Positions 10,154 to 21,823 are shown, numbered from the stretch's first letter. The stretch is DNA of 47,366 bases from Bacteroidales bacterium UBA1736 (GCA_002315825.1 DCIC01000110.1:1-47366); one strand, 5' to 3'. Numbers and translations are program-made. The notes: generated by a model from the letters alone, not told the origin.

Positions 10154-11560
10154 ATGGCTAAAATAATACCAGTAGTTACTTGGAACAAGCGCGTTATCAA
10201 GTTCAACCGAAGGAAAGAGAGTTTAAGAAAGAAACCTTGGTTTCAGGGTGTTCTTCTTTTGTGTTGTGTGGTGGTGGCGATGTTGCTTGCCAATCTTCCC
10301 TTCACTCACTCTCTTTATCACAGTGTACTTGAAACCAATCTGCAGCTGCATCTGTTCAGCGAAGACGGCACTTTCAACCTTCTCTTCCCCCGCGATATGA
10401 CGGTGGAGAAATTTATCAATGATATTCTGATGGTGGTTTTCTTCTTCACTGTAGGGCTTGAGATCAGAAGGGAGATTGCATACGGGGAGCTGTCTTCGGT
10501 AAAGAAGGCCATTTTGCCTGTCATTGCCGCTTTTGGTGGCGTGATTGCCCCAGCTTTGATATTCACTTTGGTCAATCACTCTACTGCGGCTTCAAGCGGT
10601 TGGGGTATCCCGACTGCTACGGATATCGCGTTTGCCGTGTGTATTCTTTCGGTGTTGGGAGACAAGGTACCGGTGTCTTTGAAGGTATTTCTGACGGCTC
10701 TTGCGATTGCGGATGATCTCATCGCTATCCTTGTCGTGGCATTCTTTTATGGCGGCACTATCAATTTCCCTCTTCTGCTGGTGGCTTTTGGGTTTATGGG
10801 GATTTCTTTTTTATTGAACAAGCTGAATGAGAAGAGAATGTTTCCATACCTTGTGTGTGCCTTTGCTGTGTGGGTGATTTTCTATTATAGCGGTATCCAC
10901 GCTACGATGTCGGGCGTGGTGATGGCTTTCCTTATTCCTTCCAAGCCTCGTTTTGGAAAGAGTCAGTTCTACCGCAAGCGTGAGAAGATATGGGCTATGG
11001 TAGGGAATTATAATCATTTGGATGGTGAACCATTCCCGAATGGTCCCCAGAGGCATTATCTCAGGGATTTGGAGAAGTTGTTCAGCGGGTCTATGAGTAT
11101 GTCATATAGGGTAGAGCACGCTCTGGAGCCGTGGGTCAATTATTTGATTATGCCGATTTTTGCGCTTGCTAATGCGGGCGTGGCAATCTCTGATCCATCG
11201 TATTTCAATATCCTTTCTTATGATCCTTCTCTGGGAAGTGTGTCGATGGGTATTTTCTTCGGACTACTTCTCGGTAAGCCGATCGGGATTACTTTATTCA
11301 GCTATCTGGCGGTTAAGTGCAAGGTAGGTGATATGCCCAAGAATGCGACTTGGTCGATGCTTTTTGCTGTGGCGTGCTTGGGTGGTATCGGATTTACTAT
11401 GTCGATATTTGTGGATACGCTTTCCTTCTCTGACCAGAGTCCGGAGATTATGGCTACTTTGCGTGATGCCGGTAAGATTGCCGTGCTGATGGGCTCTGTC
11501 TGCGCAGGTGTCCTCGGAAGTGCTCTTATCTCTATAGTTTATAAGCTCCAATCGAAATAA
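10154..11560 (+). CDS. nhaA: Na+/H+ antiporter NhaA
   Basis: INDILMVVFFFTVGLE, GWGIPTATDIAFA, ALAIADDL (DD motif), FALANAG, GKPIGI, GIGFTMSIF. Confidence 0.94.
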   Translation: MAKIIPVVTWNKRVIKFNRRKESLRKKPWFQGVLLLCCVVVAMLLANLPFTHSLYHSVLETNLQLHLFSEDGTFNLLFPRDMTVEKFINDILMVVFFFTVGLEIRREIAYGELSSVKKAILPVIAAFGGVIAPALIFTLVNHSTAASSGWGIPTATDIAFAVCILSVLGDKVPVSLKVFLTALAIADDLIAILVVAFFYGGTINFPLLLVAFGFMGISFLLNKLNEKRMFPYLVCAFAVWVIFYYSGIHATMSGVVMAFLIPSKPRFGKSQFYRKREKIWAMVGNYNHLDGEPFPNGPQRHYLRDLEKLFSGSMSMSYRVEHALEPWVNYLIMPIFALANAGVAISDPSYFNILSYDPSLGSVSMGIFFGLLLGKPIGITLFSYLAVKCKVGDMPKNATWSMLFAVACLGGIGFTMSIFVDTLSFSDQSPEIMATLRDAGKIAVLMGSVCAGVLGSALISIVYKLQSK

Positions 11561-11629
11561 ATTCAGGCGAGGTCGAGCGAAGCGAGACGGTTCCGGAGGA
11601 GAACTGTCGGCACTCGGAGGCAGGAATAA

Positions 11630-11732
11630 TAACCAAGGGAAGATATGTTTGTACGGGAGTCCTCCCCACTTCGTGGGTCCCCTCCCTTTTCGGGAGCCAA
11701 TGCTCCCGTACAAACATATCTTCCCTTGGTTA
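11630..11732. repeat. Perfect 30-bp inverted repeat with a 43-bp spacer (MITE/REP-like hairpin or bidirectional terminator)
   Basis: taaccaagggaagatatgtttgtacgggag (11630-11659) and ctcccgtacaaacatatcttcccttggtta (11703-11732), between convergent genes. Confidence 0.9.
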
Positions 11733-11743
11733 AGAAAGAAATC

Positions 11744-14095
11744 TTAGAGCTCCTTCACGCGGACGTTGCGGAACTTCACACCTGCGCCGTGACCGAGGAA
11801 ACCGATGTGGCCGGTCTTGTTGAACATACCCGGATGATCCCTGTGGTCAACGGTGTATTCGTTGGACTCAGCGCCCTTGGCCTTGACATTGTGACCCTTG
11901 CAAGCCTCCTTGATGTCACCGTCCACAATCACCTCACCGTTGACAGTAACAGTGATATGGTTGCCCTTCACGCGAATCTCTTCATAGCTCCACTCCCCGA
12001 GAGGCTTATGCACAATCCTCTTGGCAGGAATCACACCATAGACAGAGCCGTGTACCTGATAAGGCTTAAGATTGGCATAGATAGGATCGTCGTGGTCCAG
12101 GATCTGGATCTCGCACATACCATCATAAGCGGCATCCACACCCATCGGAGTACGGATACCTACACCATTGTTGGCTCCGGCGCGGACAAAAGAAAACTCA
12201 AAACGGAACACAAAATCCTTATACTCCTTGATCGTATAAAGATTCCTCTCGTTGCCATACTGAGCCGTAACATAGATGGCGCCATTGACAGGAAGATAAC
12301 CCTCCTTGTTGCCTGTCCACTTATCAAGATTTGTCCCGTCGAAGAGAACCTCAAAGCCCTCGGCCTTCTCCTCGTCTGAGAGAGTGAAAACGGGAGAATC
12401 CTCCTCAACGGTGCTGAGGAAGTTCTTGATGTCGTCCACTGCATAGCCGTCATCCGAATCACCTGTTGACTTCAGAATAGCGGCTGCTTTATTGAGGCAC
12501 TCCTTCAGGAGAGCTGCATCAATGTCATCGACACAATTCTTGGCTACTGCGAGAGAAGAATTGGCCGCTGCATAAGCGATATCTTTGTCGGAGCTGCCGA
12601 CGAGCTGGCTCAAAGTGATGAAAGAATCGAGAGTAGGACAAGAACCGAGCTTGTTTGCGATGACAGCCTTGGCCTTGTCGCCGGCAATCTCAAAAGCGCT
12701 CATAAGCTTGGTGTACATCCTGTCGGCATTCTTTTCATTGGCCGCTACCAAAGTGATGAAGCGGGAGAGAGCTGCCTCGTTGTTCTGCTTGGCGGCCTCG
12801 AAGAGGGTGGATGCCGTGCTGTAGTTGTTCATCTTCATCAGAGCCTGAAGCGCAGCGGCAGAAGCATTGGCCTTGTAAGCCTCTACGAGGTCAGAGACTG
12901 CATTCTCTGTTCCGACAGAGGCGAGGATGTCATAGAAACGCTCCTTGTTGTCGAACTTAACGAGAGCCTTGCGGAGCTGAGAATATCTTTCCCCAACGCC
13001 CAATTTTGAGATTGCGGCTGCATAAGCTGCCTGGAGAGGAGCGATATTAGCGGTGGGAGCACTTGCGAGCATCTCTGCCACCTTGTCGGCCTGGAAAGGA
13101 CGGACAACACCTGCGAGGCATTCGATAGCCACTGCTGAGTGCTTGGGAGTTTTGATATTCGCGAATACGATAGGAGCGACGTCGTAGATGCGGCGTGCGG
13201 CAGCAAGCTTCATAAGAGGCTCAATGTTGCTGTCTGTTGCCTCATTCAGAGCTGCTTGCACCTTTGCGCGGATATCACCGTTGAAACGCAGGAGCGCCTG
13301 ATAAGCAGCTTCGCAGTCTTCAGTGCCGAGACGGCCAATGAGGGCGTCTGCAGCTTCGGGACCTCCGATCTTGCCGGCAGCCTCGATTGCGTTGAATCCG
13401 AGCTGACCTGCCTTGCCGATTTCGCTGAGGATAAGAGGAAGCTGGCTCGCAGCCTTATGGAAGCCGAACCAATAAATGACCTCTGCCTTTGCAGCATCTG
13501 AAAGCTTGGGGTAAGACTTAGCGAGGAGTGCGTAGAATTCCTCACCTGCAAATGTGTCAGCGGTGCGGAGAGCTGTGACTCTGTATGCAGCATCGTCGCT
13601 CTTGAGGGCTTTGAGCACTCCCTTCTCGCTGATCTTGTCCCACTCCTTGCTGTAAGTCTTGATATTGACCGAAGTGAATACGGGTGCGCTCTGAACTTCG
13701 GGGGTGAGAAGGCGGATCTGAGTCTCTATGAACTGCTTGTTGTTGCTGTCATCGAGCTTTGCTGCTCCGTTCTGAAGACCCTCCAGAACAGCGGCCTTTA
13801 CCGACTCGTTGCTGGGATCGCAAGCGAAGTTGGTGACACCGTTGATGGCGTATTCAATCTTGTTGTTGGCACCTTTTTCCGCACTCTGAAGCATTCCTAC
13901 GAGCATTTCTACTGATGCAGGAGCTGACTTTGCGAGGTCGCTCATCTGTAACTTGAATGAGGCGGCGTTTTCGGCGGGCATCTGTGCGAGGACGTCACCT
14001 ACGATAGTGTCGACTGCTCTATTGCGTGAGTCCTGGGCAAATACGGCTACTGACAATGTCAGGAAAGCCGCAAGAATAGTGATAAATCTTTTCAT
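11744..14095 (-). CDS. Secreted HEAT/ARM-repeat protein with a C-terminal DUF1080 (3-keto-glycoside-processing family) domain
   Basis: Signal peptide, long Ala/Leu helical repeat region, then GFEVLFDGTNLDKWTGN, NNGVGIR, EIQILD, HGSVYG, GHIGFLGHG, FRNVRVKEL. Confidence 0.85.
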   Translation of the reverse strand: MKRFITILAAFLTLSVAVFAQDSRNRAVDTIVGDVLAQMPAENAASFKLQMSDLAKSAPASVEMLVGMLQSAEKGANNKIEYAINGVTNFACDPSNESVKAAVLEGLQNGAAKLDDSNNKQFIETQIRLLTPEVQSAPVFTSVNIKTYSKEWDKISEKGVLKALKSDDAAYRVTALRTADTFAGEEFYALLAKSYPKLSDAAKAEVIYWFGFHKAASQLPLILSEIGKAGQLGFNAIEAAGKIGGPEAADALIGRLGTEDCEAAYQALLRFNGDIRAKVQAALNEATDSNIEPLMKLAAARRIYDVAPIVFANIKTPKHSAVAIECLAGVVRPFQADKVAEMLASAPTANIAPLQAAYAAAISKLGVGERYSQLRKALVKFDNKERFYDILASVGTENAVSDLVEAYKANASAAALQALMKMNNYSTASTLFEAAKQNNEAALSRFITLVAANEKNADRMYTKLMSAFEIAGDKAKAVIANKLGSCPTLDSFITLSQLVGSSDKDIAYAAANSSLAVAKNCVDDIDAALLKECLNKAAAILKSTGDSDDGYAVDDIKNFLSTVEEDSPVFTLSDEEKAEGFEVLFDGTNLDKWTGNKEGYLPVNGAIYVTAQYGNERNLYTIKEYKDFVFRFEFSFVRAGANNGVGIRTPMGVDAAYDGMCEIQILDHDDPIYANLKPYQVHGSVYGVIPAKRIVHKPLGEWSYEEIRVKGNHITVTVNGEVIVDGDIKEACKGHNVKAKGAESNEYTVDHRDHPGMFNKTGHIGFLGHGAGVKFRNVRVKEL

Positions 14096-14112
14096 AATTC
14101 TTCCCTCCTATA

Positions 14113-15417
14113 TTATAACAACTTGCCCCACTCGCCGCGCATAGGCTGGTTGACGAGCAGATTAGCTGCCGGATCATTGATGAATGTCTGGGTAGCAGGG
14201 TCAAAGTTGAGAGTCCTGTTCAGACGGAGGGCGCAAACGCCCATATTTACGATAGTTGCACTGTGGAAACCGTTGATTTCGTTGAGAGCGAAATTTTTGC
14301 GTGTCTTGACACAGTCCACAAAGTCTGTATTCTGAGGAGCAGGGTCGGGGAGCTCGTTGATGACATCCATAACATTGGGAATGGTACATTCGAAGCCCTG
14401 GAATACCTTGCCCTTGGGTCCCTCGATGTAGGGCACCTTGCCTTCAGACTCATAGCCCTGACCCTCGAGGATGATCTTGCATCCGTCAGCATAGGTATAG
14501 GTGATGCTTCTCCAGGTGCCGACTGCATCGGGATGCTGCTGGGGAGCGTCGATCTCGACCTTTACGGGGAAATCGTTGTCCTTGCCGAGAATGTACTGGA
14601 CAGGGTCGATATAATGCTGACCCATATCTGCCAGACCGCCTCCGTCATAATCCCAGTAGCCGCGGAAGGTCTGGTGCGTACGGTGGAGATGGTAGGGCTT
14701 GTAGGGAGCAGGTCCGAGCCACATATCATAATCGAAATACTCGGGAACTGACTCGGGGATGAGGTTCTCCTTGCCTACCCAATAGAACTTCCAGGCGAAA
14801 CCTGTCGCTCCTGAAATGCGCACTGTGAGAGGCCAGCCCAGAAGACCGCTGTCAACGAGCTTCTTGAGAGGCTCAACCTTTGTGCCGAGGCCATAGAAGG
14901 TGTCCTTGAAGCGGAACCAGGTGTTGAGCCTGAAAACGCGTCCGTTTCTCTTGATAGCCTCCATAACTCTCTTGCCTTCACCGATGGTCCTTGTCATAGG
15001 CTTTTCGCACCATACATCCTTGCCGGCGCGTGCCGCCTCACAGGACATAAGTCCGTGCCAGTGAGGAGGAGTGGCTACGTGCACGACGTCCACATTGGGA
15101 TCGTGGATGAGGTCACGGAAATCGTGGTAGGTGGCCATCTCTCCGAATCCCTTGGTGCGTGCGAGCTCAACGGCTCCGTCCAGATGCTTCTGGTCAACAT
15201 CGCAGAGCGCCACCAGTCTGTAGCTCTGGTCTGAAGTAAAATGGTAGGATGACTTGCCGATGCCGCCGGTACCGATGATACCCTTGGTCAGCTGGTCACT
15301 TGGGGCGATGATGCTGCTGTCCGTGCCCATCTTTCCGAATACTCGTCTCGGGAGGATGGTCAAGGCAGCAATCCCTACACCGCTTTTTTTGAGGAATGAT
15401 CTTCTGCTTTGATCCAT
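14113..15417 (-). CDS. Gfo/Idh/MocA NAD-dependent oxidoreductase with a Tat signal
   Basis: SRRSFLK twin-arginine motif after the ATG at 15417; GIIGTGGIG, ATPPHWH, WCEKP, DMWLGPAP, DMGQHYID. Confidence 0.9.
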   Translation of the reverse strand: MDQSRRSFLKKSGVGIAALTILPRRVFGKMGTDSSIIAPSDQLTKGIIGTGGIGKSSYHFTSDQSYRLVALCDVDQKHLDGAVELARTKGFGEMATYHDFRDLIHDPNVDVVHVATPPHWHGLMSCEAARAGKDVWCEKPMTRTIGEGKRVMEAIKRNGRVFRLNTWFRFKDTFYGLGTKVEPLKKLVDSGLLGWPLTVRISGATGFAWKFYWVGKENLIPESVPEYFDYDMWLGPAPYKPYHLHRTHQTFRGYWDYDGGGLADMGQHYIDPVQYILGKDNDFPVKVEIDAPQQHPDAVGTWRSITYTYADGCKIILEGQGYESEGKVPYIEGPKGKVFQGFECTIPNVMDVINELPDPAPQNTDFVDCVKTRKNFALNEINGFHSATIVNMGVCALRLNRTLNFDPATQTFINDPAANLLVNQPMRGEWGKLL

Positions 15418-15547
15418 AGTATTAAAAATTATATGATATGCATATAGTTCACAATTGTACAAATTTACGAAAAATAGTTTGCTATATTTGTTTGCATTTT
15501 GAAAAGAAATGCGATTTTTTTTGAGATTTGCTAAACTTCGGGAAAAT

Positions 15548-16051
15548 ATGGAAAGAATAGTATTGCCTCAGGATTTTTCTGCTGAAGAGCGCGGACGCAG
15601 AGCGGAAGAGCTGTTTGTAAGTGGGTACAATTGCTGTCAGGCTGTGGCTCTGGCATTTGCCGATATCATCGAGGGCGCGCCTGAGCAGACGCTGAAAATC
15701 ATCACCGCGGGATTCGGAGGTGGATTCGGGCGCCTCAGGGAGGTGTGCGGCGCGGTTTCGGGGATGACGGTGCTCGCGGGATTCATCCGCCCTGCCGCGG
15801 ACCCCGGGGAGAAGGAGGCGAAGACGGCCAATTACGCACTTGTTCAGGACTTTGCCGGCAAATTCAAAGAGCAGAGGGGCAGCATCATTTGCCGGGAGCT
15901 TCTGGACCTGAGGATGGCGCACAAGGCGGAGTCACCGGAGCCTTCGGACCGCACCCCCGAGTATTACAAGACCAGGCCCTGTACTGTCAATGTGGGGGTC
16001 GCCGCGAGGATTGTAGCCAATACTCTTTTGGAAGAGGCCGGGAGAAAATAG
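15548..16051 (+). CDS. C_GCAxxG_C_C family putative redox protein
   Basis: GYNCCQAV, GFGGGFG, EVCGAVSG, IICRELL, RPC. Confidence 0.85.
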   Translation: MERIVLPQDFSAEERGRRAEELFVSGYNCCQAVALAFADIIEGAPEQTLKIITAGFGGGFGRLREVCGAVSGMTVLAGFIRPAADPGEKEAKTANYALVQDFAGKFKEQRGSIICRELLDLRMAHKAESPEPSDRTPEYYKTRPCTVNVGVAARIVANTLLEEAGRK

Positions 16052-16079
16052 GATACAAAACCTTGTTACATTGTATTGG

Positions 16080-16106
16080 AGGCTCGGGCTACCGGGCCTT
16101 GTTTTT
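16080..16106 (+). terminator. Probable intrinsic terminator
   Basis: Stem aggctcgg-gcta-ccgggcct followed by tgttttt; a TAATTTTG -7 element for atpD follows near 16122. Confidence 0.5.
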
Positions 16107-16145
16107 GCATCTCTTTTTGTTTAATTTTGTAGGATTACATAATAA

Positions 16146-17663
<1,518 letters not shown>

Positions 17664-17671
17664 GTTGTGTT

Positions 17672-17917
17672 ATGTTGAAAGTGAGGATATTGACTCCCGA
17701 AGGAGAGGTTTTCAGCTGCGAGGACGCGACCGGCGTTTTTCTTCCCGGCAGCGTATGCCCCTTTGAAGTGCTTACCGGACACGACAAGATGATTTCTTCT
17801 CTCGTGGCCGGAGATGTACGTTGTGTGTTTGAGGACGGGACATCAAAATCCATAATGATCAAATCAGGATTTGTAGAAATAAAGGACAATCTGGTTTCAG
17901 TGTGCGCGGAGAGATGA
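17672..17917 (+). CDS. atpC: F0F1 ATP synthase subunit epsilon (short Bacteroidetes type)
   Basis: ILTPEG, LPG...FEVLTGH, GFVEI; no C-terminal helices; position after atpD. Confidence 0.9.
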   Translation: MLKVRILTPEGEVFSCEDATGVFLPGSVCPFEVLTGHDKMISSLVAGDVRCVFEDGTSKSIMIKSGFVEIKDNLVSVCAER

Positions 17918-18945
17918 AAGGGCTTATTAAATTGATAGTGGCAATGCTGGCGGCCTTGATCCCTGTGGGATTGGGCGCCCAGGACCTGGATATGCACGAG
18001 TATCTTTTCGGGCACATCGGGGACTCATATGAGTGGCATATCACTACTGTCAACTCCAAGCCGGTCAGCATCTACCTGCCGGTGATCCTCCACAGCAAGC
18101 ATAGCGGATGGCACTGCTTCTCGTCCCGGCATATTGCCGAAGGGGAGAGCTATCAGGGCTTCGCCATCGACCCTGAAAAGGGGAAGCTGGTCGAGACACT
18201 CTCTGACGGGACCATATATAGACCTCTGGATATTTCTGTGACCAAGAATGTCCTCGGGCTCCTTATCAACAGCATCCTGCTTCTTGTCCTCGTGCTGAGT
18301 GCTGCGAGGTGGTACAGAAAGCACGATGCAATGCAGGAGGCTCCCAGAGGCTTTGCAGGAGCGATGGAAATGATGGTCTGTATGATAGAGGACGATGTGA
18401 TCAAGGATTGCGTGGGGGCGGACTACAGGAGGTATTCCCCATATCTTCTCTCGGTGTTCTTCTTCATATTTATCAATAACCTGATGGGTATTGTCCCATT
18501 CTTCCCGGGCGGTGCGAACATTACGGGCAATATTGCAATCACGATGACCCTCGCGCTGTGCACATTCATTGCTGTGAATGTGTTTGGGAACAAGCATTAT
18601 TGGAAGGATATCCTGTGGCCGGATGTGCCGGTATATCTCAAGGTCCCGATCCCGCTGATGCCCCTCATCGAGATAATCGGGATGTTTACCAAGCCATTCA
18701 GCTTGATGGTCAGACTCTTTGCCAATATTCTCGCCGGGCATATTATGCTGCTGGGAGTTGTGGCTGTGGTGTTTTTGACCGCGAAGCTTGGGACGGCTCT
18801 GAATGCGGGGCTGAGCGTCATCGCGGTATTTTTCGGAGTCTTTATGGATGTTTTGGAGCTGTTGGTGGCCTTCCTTCAGGCTTATGTGTTTACTATGCTC
18901 TCCAGCGTGTTTATCGGATTGAGCCGACAGCAGCCACAGGAATAA
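17914..18945 (+). CDS. atpB: F0F1 ATP synthase subunit a
   Basis: N-terminal signal-like segment, NITGNI, KPFSLMVRLFANILAGH, ELLVAFLQAYVFTML; ATGA overlap with atpC. Confidence 0.95.
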   Translation: MKGLIKLIVAMLAALIPVGLGAQDLDMHEYLFGHIGDSYEWHITTVNSKPVSIYLPVILHSKHSGWHCFSSRHIAEGESYQGFAIDPEKGKLVETLSDGTIYRPLDISVTKNVLGLLINSILLLVLVLSAARWYRKHDAMQEAPRGFAGAMEMMVCMIEDDVIKDCVGADYRRYSPYLLSVFFFIFINNLMGIVPFFPGGANITGNIAITMTLALCTFIAVNVFGNKHYWKDILWPDVPVYLKVPIPLMPLIEIIGMFTKPFSLMVRLFANILAGHIMLLGVVAVVFLTAKLGTALNAGLSVIAVFFGVFMDVLELLVAFLQAYVFTMLSSVFIGLSRQQPQE

Positions 18946-18980
18946 TGAGAAGAGATAAACTAATTTAAATTATAAGTATT

Positions 18981-19232
18981 ATGTTATTTGCAATGCTTCT
19001 TCAGGCAGCCGCAGGTGCTGCATTAGGTAAAGCTGGTGCCGCTATCGGAGCTGCCGTCGCAGCTTTCGCCGCAGCTTTCGGTATTGGAAAAATAGGTAAG
19101 ACAGCTCTTGAATCAGGAGCCCGCCAGCCCGAGCAGGCAGGTCATTACAGAATGACTGCTATCATTGTCGGAGCCCTCATCGAGGGTGCCTGCCTTTTCG
19201 CAATCCTTGTTTGTCTGCTTGGTATTCTCTAA
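18981..19232 (+). CDS. atpE: F0F1 ATP synthase subunit c
   Basis: GIGKIG, ARQPE loop, ALIEG carboxylate. Confidence 0.95.
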   Translation: MLFAMLLQAAAGAALGKAGAAIGAAVAAFAAAFGIGKIGKTALESGARQPEQAGHYRMTAIIVGALIEGACLFAILVCLLGIL

Positions 19233-19238
19233 GGCGGT

Positions 19239-19748
19239 ATGTCACTTATAACTCCTGATTTCGGACTGCTGTTCTGGATGACCCTCATCTTTGCCGTGGT
19301 GTTCTTTATCCTGGCGAAGTTTGGGTTCCCCGTCATCACCGATATGATTCAGGCCAGGGCGGACCGTATTGACCAGAGTATTCGTCTCGCCAAGGAGGCT
19401 GAGGCCGAGCTTGCTTCTTTGAAGGAGAGGCAGCAGCAGATTCTTGACGACGCGCAGCGGGAGCAGGTCCTGATTCAGATGGAAGGAGTGAGGCTCAAGG
19501 ATGAGATGATTGCCAAGGCCAGAGCCGCGGCTGAAGAAGAATCAGCCCGCATCATCGAAAAGGCTAGGCGTCAGATTGCGGCCGAGCGTGATGAGGCAAT
19601 CCGCCAGATACGTACGACCGTTGCCGGCCTTTCCATCGGAATCGCTGAAAAAGTGCTCAGAAAAAATCTGGACAATATTGATGCGCAGACAGAATATGTG
19701 GACCGTCTTGTCAATGAGATAAAGTCTTCTTCCTCTGAGAGTAACTGA
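19239..19748 (+). CDS. atpF: F0F1 ATP synthase subunit b
   Basis: PDFGLLFWM transmembrane anchor followed by a coiled coil and IAEKVLR. Confidence 0.93.
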   Translation: MSLITPDFGLLFWMTLIFAVVFFILAKFGFPVITDMIQARADRIDQSIRLAKEAEAELASLKERQQQILDDAQREQVLIQMEGVRLKDEMIAKARAAAEEESARIIEKARRQIAAERDEAIRQIRTTVAGLSIGIAEKVLRKNLDNIDAQTEYVDRLVNEIKSSSSESN

Positions 19749-19760
19749 CAATAGAAGGAT

Positions 19761-20240
19761 ATGAATTCCTCGGTGGTAGCAGTCAGATATGCAAAGGCAT
19801 TTCTTGAGTATGTGGCCTGGATGGGTCGCGAGGCTCAGGTGTGCGATGAAGTCTGTGCTATTCTGGACAGTCCCGACTCTATTTCCGAAAAGCAGCCGGG
19901 GCCTGAGATATCCAGACTGGTCTCGCTGCTCTTGGAAAGCGGAAGGGAGGATATCCTGAAATATGTGCTGCGTGATTTTGTCTCTCTGTATTATCAGAAG
20001 ATGAAAATCAAGACGGGAGTGCTCAAGACGGCTGTCCCCATTCCTTCTCTTACTCAGAGAATGATTGATTTGGCCAGTGATGCGACTGGCTGTGATGTGA
20101 AATTACGCACTGAAATCGATCCCGATATTGTGGGAGGATTTGTTCTGACTCTGGATGGCGTCCGGCTGGATGCCAGTGTGTCCAGACAGATAGATCTGAT
20201 CAGAAGGGATCTGGTGCTCAAGAACAAAAAGAAAGTATAA
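19761..20240 (+). CDS. atpH: F0F1 ATP synthase subunit delta
   Basis: [22 protein letters not shown]. Confidence 0.9.
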   Translation: MNSSVVAVRYAKAFLEYVAWMGREAQVCDEVCAILDSPDSISEKQPGPEISRLVSLLLESGREDILKYVLRDFVSLYYQKMKIKTGVLKTAVPIPSLTQRMIDLASDATGCDVKLRTEIDPDIVGGFVLTLDGVRLDASVSRQIDLIRRDLVLKNKKKV

Positions 20241-21820
20241 TGGCGCAAACGATAAAGGCTAGTGAGATTTCCGAAATTCTCTTCAATAAGCTCAAGGGTA
20301 TCAATACCTCTGTAGGACTTGACGAGATAGGAAGCGTCCTTCAGGTAAGTGACGGCGTTGTCCATATCTATGGTCTGAATAATGCCGAGGCCGGCGAACT
20401 GCTTGAGTTTGACAACGGCGTGATGGCCGTGGTGATGAACCTGGAGGAAGATAATGTCGGAGCCGTCCTCCTGGGACCCTCCGATAAGATCAAGGAGGGA
20501 ATGAGTGTCAAGCGAACAGGCCGTATCGCATCAGTGATGGTTTCAGATGCGATGCTCGGAAGGGTCATCGATCCTCTCGGCAATCCTCTCGACGGACTGG
20601 GGGAGATTGAAGGCGACCTGGTTCAGATGCCTTTGGAAAGGAAGGCTCCGGGAGTCGTGTTCCGTCAGCCTGTGACCGAGCCTCTGCAGACAGGAATCAA
20701 GGCTATCGACGCTATGATTCCTATCGGAAGGGGACAGCGCGAGCTCATCATCGGTGACCGTCAGACAGGAAAGACTGCCATCGCCATCGATACTATTATT
20801 AATCAGAGAGAAGCCTGGCTCAAGGGCAGTCCTGTGTATTGTATCTATGTGGCCATAGGGCAGAAGGGCTCCACTATTGCCAATATTGTGGAGACTCTCA
20901 GGGAGAAGGGGGCGATGGATTATACAATAGTGGTGTCTTCCACTGCCGCGGATCCGGCCGCTCTGCAGTATTATGCCCCGTTTGCGGGAGCTGCAATCGG
21001 AGAATATTTCCGCGATACCGGGCGTCACGCCCTCGTTGTCTATGATGATCTTTCCAAGCAGGCTGTGGCATATAGGGAGGTGTCCCTGATACTGCGTCGC
21101 CCGTCCGGCCGAGAGGCTTATCCGGGAGACGTGTTCTACCTCCATTCAAGACTTCTGGAAAGGGCCGCGAAGATTATCTCCCAGCAGGAAGTGGCCGAGA
21201 CTATGAATGACTTGCCGGAATCTCTGCAGGGCAAGGTCAAGGCCGGAGGCTCACTCACCGCGCTCCCTATTATCGAGACGCAGGCGGGCGACGTCTCAGC
21301 ATATATTCCGACCAATGTGATTTCAATCACCGACGGACAGATATATCTCGAGCCCGGACTCTTCAATCAGGGCTTCCGACCTGCCATCAATGTGGGTATC
21401 TCCGTATCCCGAGTGGGAGGCTCCGCCCAGGTGAAGAGTATGAAGAAGGTGGCCGGGACATTGAAGATCGACCAGGCTCAGTACAATGAGCTCGAGGCGT
21501 TCTCGAAGTTTTCTTCCGATATGGACAAGGTCACCGCTATGACTCTGGACAGGGGAAGAAAGAACAATCAGTTGCTGATCCAGCCGCAATACTGTCCTGT
21601 CCCCCTCGGGGAGCAGGTCGCAATCCTGTATTGCGGGACACACTCTCTTCTTGCGGATATACCGGTATCCAAGGTAGGAGAATTCCAGTCCAGATTTCTC
21701 GACAGGATGAGGTCTTCCCATCAGGATGTCCTGGACAAACTGGCCGGAGGTGATCTGGCAGACGTGGATATTATTGAAAAAGAAGCCGGTATGGTTGTCT
21801 CTTCATTGATGGAATCGTAA
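20240..21820 (+). CDS. atpA: F0F1 ATP synthase subunit alpha
   Basis: [35 protein letters not shown]. Confidence 0.98.
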   Translation: MAQTIKASEISEILFNKLKGINTSVGLDEIGSVLQVSDGVVHIYGLNNAEAGELLEFDNGVMAVVMNLEEDNVGAVLLGPSDKIKEGMSVKRTGRIASVMVSDAMLGRVIDPLGNPLDGLGEIEGDLVQMPLERKAPGVVFRQPVTEPLQTGIKAIDAMIPIGRGQRELIIGDRQTGKTAIAIDTIINQREAWLKGSPVYCIYVAIGQKGSTIANIVETLREKGAMDYTIVVSSTAADPAALQYYAPFAGAAIGEYFRDTGRHALVVYDDLSKQAVAYREVSLILRRPSGREAYPGDVFYLHSRLLERAAKIISQQEVAETMNDLPESLQGKVKAGGSLTALPIIETQAGDVSAYIPTNVISITDGQIYLEPGLFNQGFRPAINVGISVSRVGGSAQVKSMKKVAGTLKIDQAQYNELEAFSKFSSDMDKVTAMTLDRGRKNNQLLIQPQYCPVPLGEQVAILYCGTHSLLADIPVSKVGEFQSRFLDRMRSSHQDVLDKLAGGDLADVDIIEKEAGMVVSSLMES

Positions 21821-21823
21821 GGG

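Noticed and set aside
11645-12379. 244-aa plus-strand ORF
   Set aside because: It is antisense to the DUF1080 domain and starts inside the inverted repeat; a shadow ORF.
18981-19232. Na+-coupled ATP synthase, suggested by nearby nhaA/alsT
   Set aside because: The c subunit has IEG and lacks the Q...ES/T Na+-binding signature, so H+ coupling is more likely.
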